From Promethearchaeota archaeon (GTDB taxonomy: Archaea; Asgardarchaeota; Thorarchaeia; Thorarchaeales; Thorarchaeaceae), in contig JBHLPF010000026.1 in the NCBI GenBank assembly GCA_048939765.1, positions 1 to 44,746 on the forward strand: DNA of 44,746 nt, written 5' to 3'. The translations under genes and the position numbers were made by a program. The notes under the pieces were generated by a model. It was not told the origin of the DNA. It saw only the letters and a list, made by a program, of their open reading frames with translations, and searched no databases. Of the stretch, positions 36,815 through 44,746 are shown piece after piece (position 1 is the first letter of the stretch; every line of letters starts with the position of its first letter).

Positions 36815-36926
36815 ACAATCCATCTCAAATGCACTGCAAAAGCAGGTAAATCTGTCCATCAAGGCAGGCGGCTTGAACAAGAGCATATTTCATTTGCCGA
36901 TTGCATAGCGTCTGCGGTCGATTCAC

Positions 36927-38267
36927 ATGATTGAGGACGTTCTCAAGTATGTTGAAAGGAACAGTGACAATGCGATAGAGGAACTGAAAGAGATTGTACG
37001 AATCCCTTCCGTTGCGGCAAAGAACGAAGGTCTCGATGAAGCAGCCGAATTTCTCCGAGTGAAACTAGAAGCATTGGGGCTTGAAGCCAAAGTCCATGAG
37101 ATTACAGGAGCGCCAGTTGTCACCGGATTTCTTGATGTTGGTGCCAAAAGGACTTTGATGTTCTACGATCATTATGATGTTCAACCTGCAGAGCCCTTCG
37201 ATCTATGGGAGACCCCACCATTCGAGCCAGACATACGAGAAGGACGAATCTACGGCCGCGGTGTAGCTGACAACAAAGGCGACACGATATCTCGGTTATG
37301 GGTGCTCAAGGCATTCATTGATACTGGAACCAATCTTCCGGTGAACATCAAGTGTGTCTTTGAGGGTGAAGAGGAGATCGGAAGTATTCACTTTCCAGAA
37401 TTTGTCAAAAGGAACAAGGAATTCATGCAGGCTGACGGTGGAATTTGGGAGTTCGGGGGTGAGGGCTATGATGGCCTTCAGGAGGCATGGCTGGGACTAA
37501 AGGGCATCTTCTATGTTCAGCTGGAGATTGAGCTTCTTACTAGAGATGTGCATTCAAGTATGGGTTGTGTTCTTCCTTCAGCTCCTCAGCGTCTCGTGAT
37601 GGCATTGGAATCACTAAAAGATGCAGACCATAAGATACTGATTGATGGATTTTACGATGGCATTAGGCCTCTTACTGATGCTGAATGGGACGCTATAGAC
37701 AAGATCGACCTACGAGAGGAAGACATCAAAGAGAACTATGGAGTCAAGGAGTTTCTAAATGGCATGACCGGGCGAGATTTCAAGGAGGCCTACTACAATG
37801 CTCCTACCTGTACGATCTGCGGACTAACAAGCGGTTACCAGGGTGAAGGATCGATGACTGTGCTTCCAGCGAAGGCCTCAGCAAAAATAGACTTCAGACT
37901 TGTCGACGGAATGGATCCTGAGGATATTCGGAGAAAATTCAGAAGACATCTAGATTTCCACGGCTTCTCCGATATCAAATTTCTGTGGTATGAGGGGTAC
38001 CCGGCTGGGAAGACTCCTGTGAACCATCCTTTCGTTGATGTTGTACGGAGAGCGAATTCGAAAGTGTTTGACGACCTTCGGGTGCATCCCACAAGTCCGG
38101 GATCTGGCCCATTGTATCTCTTCAAGGACTTTGTGCCCATGGTATCAATTGGTGTTTCTGACTTCAATTCAAAGGGTCATTCACCCAATGAAAGCATCAA
38201 GCTCGAGAATTTCCAAAAAGGCATGCTTAGATTAGTGCATTTGATAGATGAAATGGGTAGATGGTAG
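36927..38267 (+). CDS. M20/M25/M40 metallopeptidase (dipeptidase/deacylase-like)
   Basis: Motifs HYDVQP, GRGVADNKG, EGEEEIGS and HSPNE. Confidence 0.93.
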   Translation: MIEDVLKYVERNSDNAIEELKEIVRIPSVAAKNEGLDEAAEFLRVKLEALGLEAKVHEITGAPVVTGFLDVGAKRTLMFYDHYDVQPAEPFDLWETPPFEPDIREGRIYGRGVADNKGDTISRLWVLKAFIDTGTNLPVNIKCVFEGEEEIGSIHFPEFVKRNKEFMQADGGIWEFGGEGYDGLQEAWLGLKGIFYVQLEIELLTRDVHSSMGCVLPSAPQRLVMALESLKDADHKILIDGFYDGIRPLTDAEWDAIDKIDLREEDIKENYGVKEFLNGMTGRDFKEAYYNAPTCTICGLTSGYQGEGSMTVLPAKASAKIDFRLVDGMDPEDIRRKFRRHLDFHGFSDIKFLWYEGYPAGKTPVNHPFVDVVRRANSKVFDDLRVHPTSPGSGPLYLFKDFVPMVSIGVSDFNSKGHSPNESIKLENFQKGMLRLVHLIDEMGRW

Positions 38268-38285
38268 TCCCCTGCCCCTTTGGTG

Positions 38286-38442
38286 CCCCCCTCCTACGGA
38301 AGGAAATAGAGAGAGGTTCCTAGACAGAATAGTCCCCTTAAGATGAGGTGCGCAGAGAAGGGGATGAGAGACTAACTTTAGAACGGAGTCGGATGCGAGA
38401 ACACGCTCCAATTCACACGCAACGGAGGAATCGCCCATCCCC
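38286..38442 (-). ncRNA. Candidate structured non-coding RNA (unassigned family)
   Basis: Nested long stems plus a G-U-rich hairpin that pair much better on the minus strand (details in findings). Confidence 0.3.
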
Positions 38443-38517
38443 CAATCTTTTTATCTAGGCTCCCTCGGCCTCACGGTCGAGATTGGAAGCAGTGCGGTCT
38501 GTTTTCAAGAGAAACGG

Positions 38518-39483
38518 GTGAGTGGTAATTTGAAGCGTATACTTGTAACCGGCAGCTATGGACAGATTGGAACAGAACTGGTCGGTGTTCTCAGGAAAAA
38601 GTATGGCGGCGAAAATGTACTCGCAACTGGGAGAAAGAAACCTCCTGTAATTCTAACGGAAGATGGTCCTTACTATAGATTGGACGTCCTTGATGAGAAT
38701 CAACTCCATACCATGCTGGTTGACTATGATATCGACATAGTCATTCACAATGCATCAGTGCTCTCAGCTACAGGAGAGAAGAATCCTCAGCTTGCCTATC
38801 GTACCAACATCGAAGGTACCTATAACGTGATGGAGGCCGTTCGGATTTTGGGACTCGAGCAAGCATTGGTGCCAAGCTCTATAGCGGCCTTTGGTCCTTC
38901 AACACCCCGTAGCAATACTCCAAATGATGTTATCACTCGGCCTACTAGCATGTACGGTGTGACGAAGGTATTCGTCGAGCTGTTCGGCGAGTACTACAAC
39001 CAACGATACGACATCGATTTTCGGTCACTGCGTTACCCAGGTGTGATTAGTGCAGAAGCGCTCCCAGGAGGCGGCACCACAGATTATGCAGTTGCCATTT
39101 TCTACGAAGCATTGAAGGATAAGAAGTACACATGCTTCCTCGGGCCTGACACCAGACTTCCCATGATGTTTATGCCTGATTGCATCAAGTCAACCATCGA
39201 CCTCATGGAAGCAGACAATAAGAAACTGAAGCACCGCACCTTCAATGTCACTGCATTCAGCTTCACCCCGGCTGAACTCGCTGACGAAATCAAGAAGCAC
39301 ATCCCTGAGTTTGAGATTGATTACGAGCCTGACTTCCGCCAAGCGATTGCTGATTCGTGGCCAATGTCATTGGATGACCGCGTTGCACGTGAGGAGTGGG
39401 GATGGAAGCCGGACTACGATCTCCCTGCAATGGTCAAGGAGATGCTTGACAAGCTCTCGAAGAAACTTGGTGTGAAATACTAA
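38518..39483 (+). CDS. tdh: L-threonine 3-dehydrogenase, SDR/GalE-like type
   Basis: Motifs GSYGQIG, LSATGE, PSSIAAFG, YGVTK (YxxxK), PGGGTTDYAV and RQAIADSWP. Confidence 0.9.
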   Translation: MSGNLKRILVTGSYGQIGTELVGVLRKKYGGENVLATGRKKPPVILTEDGPYYRLDVLDENQLHTMLVDYDIDIVIHNASVLSATGEKNPQLAYRTNIEGTYNVMEAVRILGLEQALVPSSIAAFGPSTPRSNTPNDVITRPTSMYGVTKVFVELFGEYYNQRYDIDFRSLRYPGVISAEALPGGGTTDYAVAIFYEALKDKKYTCFLGPDTRLPMMFMPDCIKSTIDLMEADNKKLKHRTFNVTAFSFTPAELADEIKKHIPEFEIDYEPDFRQAIADSWPMSLDDRVAREEWGWKPDYDLPAMVKEMLDKLSKKLGVKY

Positions 39484-39550
39484 GCTAGCTAAAACAGAAA
39501 CCGTCAGGCTTATCTCACCGGTAGATTGCATCGCATAATGCTGAGTCCGA

Positions 39551-41338
39551 GTGCTTGAGAAAGAGAAGTGGTGGCTAATGGCGATTGACAGACGAGTACA
39601 TTATTACGTGCTCTTCATCCTGACAATCCTGATAGCTTCTTCACTCTATCTCTCTTGGATCGCAGAAAGCGGTCATGGAACAATCGATCTGGAGAGGACA
39701 GGAATTGAGGTGGAGCCGGGACGCTCCGTCAATTTCACGGTGTATACACCGAGGGTACCCACCTATACTGATTTGATGCCCGTAGTTTTGACGATTCATG
39801 GCGTTGGTGGGTCTAAGGAGAGCATGTATGCATTCAACATAGAATTAGCGAGACGCAACTTCACTGTCGTCTCGGTTGATTTGGCAGGGCATGGAGACTC
39901 GGATGCCCTGTTCGAATGGGATAGTTATGACCAGCTGGCTGAAGACTGTTACGCAGCACTGTTGTATGTCTGGCAAAACTATACAGACACAGCTCCTGGG
40001 GTCTACGGAGTCATCGGACACTCACTTGGGTGGCATGTGGGTCTTGCAATGTACAATCAGCCTACGTCGCCGACTGCACTAGTAGCCGTAGGCCCTGTCT
40101 GGATTGATGATGTTGTATCAATACCAACAAATACACTCCTCGCATCGGGTCAGTTTGATGAGCTAATACCTCCGGGAAAACTCATAACAGAGTTCCAATC
40201 CATAACAGGCAACTCGTCAGCAGAGACCGGAGTGACTTATGGGAATCTAACACAGGGGACAGCCTATAGACTGATACTCGGAGGTTCAAATCATATAACC
40301 GAGATCAGTGATCAGCTGATAGTCATCGAATCAGTTACTTGGATGATACAAGCGCTGCAAGGTGAAGGCCAACTCGTTCACACACTGAAGTTTTGGCGGC
40401 CCTCTTTCCGAACGTATGATCTTGTTTACACAGACAGAGCTGTCGCATACGTGGTAGGAGCATTCTCACTGCTGGCTTCTCTCATTCCCTTACTCATCAT
40501 TGTCTCTGAACATCTTCCAAGACGAATTAGCGCACGACCAATACAATGTGAAGCAGCTCGGCTTCCAACTGCGAAAGCGGCGATGACCAGCATCGCTCTG
40601 GCTTCCATGATGGTGACATTCTATGCCATCACTGGCTATTCGTTTCAGGCAATTGGTGATCCGGATTTTCTATGGCTTGATTTCTATGATGCAACTGGAC
40701 TTGTGGTGTTCTTCCTATTATGGCCCATGGCTCTTGTTCTATTTCTGATGTTGATTCTGAAAGGGCAGGAGCTACGGCAGATGTTGGAAGGACTTGGATT
40801 TGATCCGGCGAATCCATCGAGCCTGCTAAAGACCTCGGCCAGTGCCGTTTTGCCTGCCATGATCTGCATCTTATGGCTGATAACCTGGATGAGATTTGGA
40901 GATTGGACGGAAACGACGACTATTCTCCCACTCCTGCGTATCCCTATTGAACATAGGTTGATGGAAATCCTTACTCTGATGTTCTTTGCATTGCCATTAT
41001 CAATTGGAGATGCTCTATGGTGTGAATTGCTGCTTCCTGCTAGATCTTGGAGGAGTTCACTGCAGCAAGTCAAGGAAATGGGCTTGGCGTTCATCATGCG
41101 ATTAGTGCCACTAGCGGCCTTCGCTCTTGCAATGGTTTATGGTAGTGCCTTTCTTGGAATAGTGGCAGGACCATCAGTTGTTCTAGGACTTCTTCTTCTC
41201 TACTTCGTCATCGCTTCTACAGCTGCTACATTCATCATATTCTTGACATCATCAAGAATCAAGAATCCGTGGCCTGCAATCTTTGTTAATGCACTGCTTT
41301 ATGCTTGGATGCTTGTCAATTCTATGCCACTCGTCTAG
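39551..41338 (+). CDS. Membrane-bound alpha/beta hydrolase with C-terminal multi-TM domain
   Basis: Motifs HGVGG, DLAGHGDS, GHSLG (nucleophile), GQFDELI and SNHITE. N-terminal TM and ~8 C-terminal TM segments. Start may be ATG 39578. Confidence 0.85.
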   Translation: MLEKEKWWLMAIDRRVHYYVLFILTILIASSLYLSWIAESGHGTIDLERTGIEVEPGRSVNFTVYTPRVPTYTDLMPVVLTIHGVGGSKESMYAFNIELARRNFTVVSVDLAGHGDSDALFEWDSYDQLAEDCYAALLYVWQNYTDTAPGVYGVIGHSLGWHVGLAMYNQPTSPTALVAVGPVWIDDVVSIPTNTLLASGQFDELIPPGKLITEFQSITGNSSAETGVTYGNLTQGTAYRLILGGSNHITEISDQLIVIESVTWMIQALQGEGQLVHTLKFWRPSFRTYDLVYTDRAVAYVVGAFSLLASLIPLLIIVSEHLPRRISARPIQCEAARLPTAKAAMTSIALASMMVTFYAITGYSFQAIGDPDFLWLDFYDATGLVVFFLLWPMALVLFLMLILKGQELRQMLEGLGFDPANPSSLLKTSASAVLPAMICILWLITWMRFGDWTETTTILPLLRIPIEHRLMEILTLMFFALPLSIGDALWCELLLPARSWRSSLQQVKEMGLAFIMRLVPLAAFALAMVYGSAFLGIVAGPSVVLGLLLLYFVIASTAATFIIFLTSSRIKNPWPAIFVNALLYAWMLVNSMPLV

Positions 41339-42558
41339 TCGTCATAGATCTCAAACTCCAGACCTGCTGTCTTGAATAGCTTGAATAGACTCTTCACTGC
41401 GGATTCATCTGGCACCTCAAGGACCATCTTGAGTTCGTTCTTGTTCGGTGCAATGTCTGGGTCGAATCTGTCTTGAACGATTTCAATAACGCTGACACCT
41501 GACTCGGCTACCATGCTTAGTACTTGATTCAGACTCCCAACTCGGTCGAGAATAACTCCCTTTATCCTGACGTTGCGTCCAAGTCGGAATAGCTCCTTCT
41601 CCACGACTCTAGCCATGAAGCTCATATCGATATTGCCGCCCGATAATACCGCAACTGCATTCTTCTCCTGAATATCGATATGTCCATGTTGGAACGCCGC
41701 TAGCCCCACACAACCAGCAGGTTCCACCACTATCTTTGCGCGTTCAAGCAAAAGGAAGAGTGTCCTTGTGACTTCCAGTTCCTTCACGGTGGCGACATCA
41801 GTGAGAAGGTTTTTTGCAATTTTGAATGTCAGCCGTCCCGGCATCTTTACTGCAATCCCGTCACACACTGTATCCAAACCTTCGACCTTTGTGACTCGGC
41901 CTGCTTCCAGAGACGCCTTCATCGATGCTGCAGAGTCCGCTTCGACTCCATATATCTCGACTTCGGGCTTTTGCTCCTTTATTGCAATAGCAATCCCAGT
42001 CGAGAGACCTCCACCTCCCACTGGCACCGCAACTACATCCACTTCGGGAAGTTCTTCAAGAATCTCAAGACCTATCGTTCCCTGGCCGGCAATCACATTC
42101 TCATCATTGAATGGATGGAGGAAGGTTGCACCACTCACTTCAGCGAGTTCTTTGGCGCGAGCTAGCGCATCATCAAACACATCTCCATGAAGAACCACCT
42201 CCGCGCCATACCCCTGAGTGGCTTGAATCTTCGCAACTGGCGAGAAGCGTGGCATTACAATAGTTGACTTCAGACCAAGTCGCTTTGCCGCGTAGGCGAC
42301 TCCCTGAGCATGATTGCCCGCAGACGCTGCAATGACTCCTGACTTCTTTTCATCATCATTTAACTGGGACATTGCATAAGCAGCGCCTCTCACTTTGAAG
42401 GAACCGGTTTTCTGGAGATTCTCAAGTTTGAGGTATACATTGCCGCCAGTCATTCTGCTGAAGGTGGTCGAGCGATCTAGTCTGGTGACATGCTTGATTC
42501 CTTTCAAGACCTCACGTGCATCAAGTATTTTCTCATAGATATGTTCATACTTTCCCAA
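41335..42558 (-). CDS. ilvA: Threonine ammonia-lyase (dehydratase) with a single ACT domain
   Basis: Motifs KLENLQKTGSFKVRGA, ASAGNHAQG, PVGGGGL and LSGGNID; C-terminal DRVGSL ACT domain. Confidence 0.93.
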   Translation of the reverse strand: MGKYEHIYEKILDAREVLKGIKHVTRLDRSTTFSRMTGGNVYLKLENLQKTGSFKVRGAAYAMSQLNDDEKKSGVIAASAGNHAQGVAYAAKRLGLKSTIVMPRFSPVAKIQATQGYGAEVVLHGDVFDDALARAKELAEVSGATFLHPFNDENVIAGQGTIGLEILEELPEVDVVAVPVGGGGLSTGIAIAIKEQKPEVEIYGVEADSAASMKASLEAGRVTKVEGLDTVCDGIAVKMPGRLTFKIAKNLLTDVATVKELEVTRTLFLLLERAKIVVEPAGCVGLAAFQHGHIDIQEKNAVAVLSGGNIDMSFMARVVEKELFRLGRNVRIKGVILDRVGSLNQVLSMVAESGVSVIEIVQDRFDPDIAPNKNELKMVLEVPDESAVKSLFKLFKTAGLEFEIYDD

Positions 42559-42630
42559 ATTGATTCCCCAAAAGACTAGGGTGTCCGAGTGCCTGATAAC
42601 ATTTCCCTGAACTGACTTCCATGTGTCAAT

Positions 42631-43776
42631 TCAGAAAACGCTCTCTTCAATGTCAATGCCTCTGTTGCGCATCTCTTCGATAAAGACCTGCGGAGGTATT
42701 GCCACTTCAGGTGCCAGAACTCCTCGCTCGGTGATTGTTCCATCTGCGCACATCACCGCCACCGCAGCAGCAGGAAATGATGTCGTGCGCATCATTGAGG
42801 TCAATTTGGTTAAATCATCAAAGTAGTCAATAAGCTGATACTGGATTGTTCTTGGCTCTTTGCCTTCCCATCCTTCAATGGTACAGCGAACCAACGTCAC
42901 ATCCTTTCCAGTAGGTGGCAAGTTCTCCTCCAAAAGCCGTTCCAAAACCCTACGGGGAGCGACATTCACACCGTCAATTTCAATTTCACTGCTGTCCATG
43001 AGTCCCAGTTTGTAAATACACCACATCTTATGCCCATGACCCGGATATCTAATGGTCTTGTAATCCAAATTGGCTATCTTTCCCTCATAAGTGAGAGGCA
43101 GTGTAGACGTGCCTCCGCTTGTGTTGAATGCCTCAAGTTTGCCAAAGGGCTCTGGAAATTCCAATTCCTCAACTCCAACCAAGGGGTCTTCCATGACAAT
43201 TTTCCCATCCCTTAGAACTCGACAGGGCTCAACGTATTCATTGATGAGCCCCTCCACAGAAAAGATCAACGAGTAGTTCAAGGGAGGCCGGGGGTCTTGC
43301 TGTAGACCTCCAACTCGAAGCCTGACTGAATCTATAGTTGAGAGCTGATCAATACCAGCCCTTGCGAGTATATTGGTCATCCCTGGTGCTAGACCCATAT
43401 CAGGGATGACGGTGATTCCAGCATCCTTTGCTGCATCACGCATGGCGAACTGCTTCTCATGGACAAATATGTTGCCGCCTAGGTCAACCATGTTTGTGCC
43501 TGTTTCGATTGCAATCTCTGTATGCAGCTCGTTTAGAGTGTAGGAAATGGCACTGACCACTGTATCAACACGCGAGAACAATGATTCTAAATCCTTCTTG
43601 TTCCTGGCATCAGCTTTCTCTGCAACAGATTTGTCACCAAATTCCTTACTCAAGCCTTCGGCAGCCTTCTCATTAATATCCGCGACGATGAATTGTTCAA
43701 CGCTTTCGGTGTGTGCAAGGTAGTAGGCTGCACCCCTTCCCATAAGGCCTGAACCTAGAATCAATACTTTCAACAA
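42631..43776 (-). CDS. Saccharopine dehydrogenase / lysine 6-dehydrogenase family oxidoreductase
   Basis: Motifs GSGLMG, DLGGN, DMGLAPG, FSVEGLINEY, TSGGTSTL, YKTIRYPGH and SMMRTT. Confidence 0.9.
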   Translation of the reverse strand: MLKVLILGSGLMGRGAAYYLAHTESVEQFIVADINEKAAEGLSKEFGDKSVAEKADARNKKDLESLFSRVDTVVSAISYTLNELHTEIAIETGTNMVDLGGNIFVHEKQFAMRDAAKDAGITVIPDMGLAPGMTNILARAGIDQLSTIDSVRLRVGGLQQDPRPPLNYSLIFSVEGLINEYVEPCRVLRDGKIVMEDPLVGVEELEFPEPFGKLEAFNTSGGTSTLPLTYEGKIANLDYKTIRYPGHGHKMWCIYKLGLMDSSEIEIDGVNVAPRRVLERLLEENLPPTGKDVTLVRCTIEGWEGKEPRTIQYQLIDYFDDLTKLTSMMRTTSFPAAAVAVMCADGTITERGVLAPEVAIPPQVFIEEMRNRGIDIEESVF

Positions 43777-43855
43777 GCATACCCCTATGGTCTGCTCTTA
43801 ATCTTTGGCAGGATAAAAACAATGGCGTACGAGTAATTCCAGCATAATCATTTGA

Positions 43856-44554
43856 CTACTTGATATTGGAAAAGGTGACACTTGGCTCAAAACGTATATT
43901 CGAGTGGACTAAGGAAATCTGGAACTCCTGGGCCTCTAGGTGGCAGCCACTCCAGGTGCTGCAGAAGTAAGCATTAATCTCCTTGTCTAAGTCTGTGTAG
44001 TCACCATGCTTAATTGCGAAGGGTGGGAAGATGCTATCATCTGGGAAGTTGTTAGCATCAAAGCAGAATGGTCTTCCATCCTTCAGTCGCAAGGTGAAGT
44101 TGTAATAATAATCACTGCAACATAGGCCGTCAACCTTTGTAACGACGACATCAACGCAGTGCCACTCATCTTTCTGTTCAAATACTAGGCAGACTTTCTC
44201 AGGATCAACGGTGTATCCACCGTATACGTGTACATACACGAAGAATTGATCAAGATAATCTTGGTCAATGCAGAGTTGGATATCTCCTTGAGGCAGTACT
44301 GCCTTATCAATCTCAATATAACCGTCTTCTGGTTGTAGGACCCAGCTAGCGCTTTCGGACCGAAGTCCAATATCAAATTCATCTTGAGCCAAGTTGTCAG
44401 TGTCTGTTGCTGGGTACATCGACCAGGAAACGGCGTTGTTAGAAAGTTCTCCGAAATGGCCCTCCATCTGCTCCAAAAGATTTGGATTCTGCGCTGCTGC
44501 GCGGTAGCTAGGGGCGCATAGCGCAATAACGAACATTGCGCAACAAAGGATCAT
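43856..44554 (-). CDS. Hypothetical secreted Cys-rich protein
   Basis: Signal-peptide-like MILCCAMFVIALCAPSYRAAA-Q from ATG 44554 (ORF track starts at 44650); 8 Cys in the predicted mature part. Confidence 0.55.
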   Translation of the reverse strand: MILCCAMFVIALCAPSYRAAAQNPNLLEQMEGHFGELSNNAVSWSMYPATDTDNLAQDEFDIGLRSESASWVLQPEDGYIEIDKAVLPQGDIQLCIDQDYLDQFFVYVHVYGGYTVDPEKVCLVFEQKDEWHCVDVVVTKVDGLCCSDYYYNFTLRLKDGRPFCFDANNFPDDSIFPPFAIKHGDYTDLDKEINAYFCSTWSGCHLEAQEFQISLVHSNIRFEPSVTFSNIK

Positions 44555-44746
44555 GAGGTGATCCAGTGCGCGTGATGAACGGCGTCCGGAGTACCCACTG
44601 TAGTAATGAGTCACTTCTTTCCATCTCCCGGACATCTTGCGAATTCCCATCCTAACCCATTAGTGGCGCTCTAGGTGTAATCGATTAGGTGCCTGTACAT
44701 TTGCTTTCCCGGGTAATAAAACGTTCGACGTCTAATAATCGAAAAC

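Noticed and set aside
38318-38345. RNase P RNA-like fragment CCTAGACAGAAT...CTTA
   Set aside because: The conserved GAGGAAAGUCC 5' element and P4 pairing are absent, and the region is short.
1445-38430. CTCCGTTG shared by the two minus-strand candidate RNAs, and GCGCTCACAC shared by 7522 and 14686
   Set aside because: Matches of 8-10 nt are plausible by chance, and the flanks do not align.
1-44746. CRISPR arrays, tRNA/rRNA genes, transposases, integrases, inteins
   Set aside because: No regularly spaced repeats, cloverleaf/T-loop signatures or mobile-element motifs were seen by eye. An intron-containing tRNA could be missed without tRNAscan-SE.

Overview
Gene-dense archaeal chromosomal segment, most likely from an Asgard archaeon such as Thorarchaeia. 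This is inferred from a 7TM-longin fusion, membrane-anchored N-glycosylation-rich substrate-binding proteins, TATA-type promoters, GGTGA/GGAGG ribosome-binding motifs and many GTG/TTG starts. The window is dominated by peptide and amino-acid scavenging and catabolism. It has two complete Opp/Dpp ABC importers, two non-canonical (YgeW/AOTCase-like) carbamoyltransferases, an M20 peptidase, an Ntn hydrolase and two membrane-anchored serine hydrolases. It also encodes a GSAM-like aminotransferase, a DHDPS-family lyase, threonine dehydrogenase, threonine dehydratase and a saccharopine/lysine dehydrogenase. Other genes include a bacterial-type GAPDH, a divergent citrate-synthase-like protein, two MFS transporters and several orphans. 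I recognised no rRNA, tRNA, CRISPR array or transposase. The most interesting signals are a 7TM receptor-like protein fused to a longin-like domain, a circularly permuted peptide-binding protein, ABC subunits with large extra domains, and GU-rich multi-hairpin intergenic segments (14573-14693 +, 38286-38442 -, 1342-1530 -) that look like unannotated structured RNAs. All family calls come from motifs recognised by eye; no searches were run.
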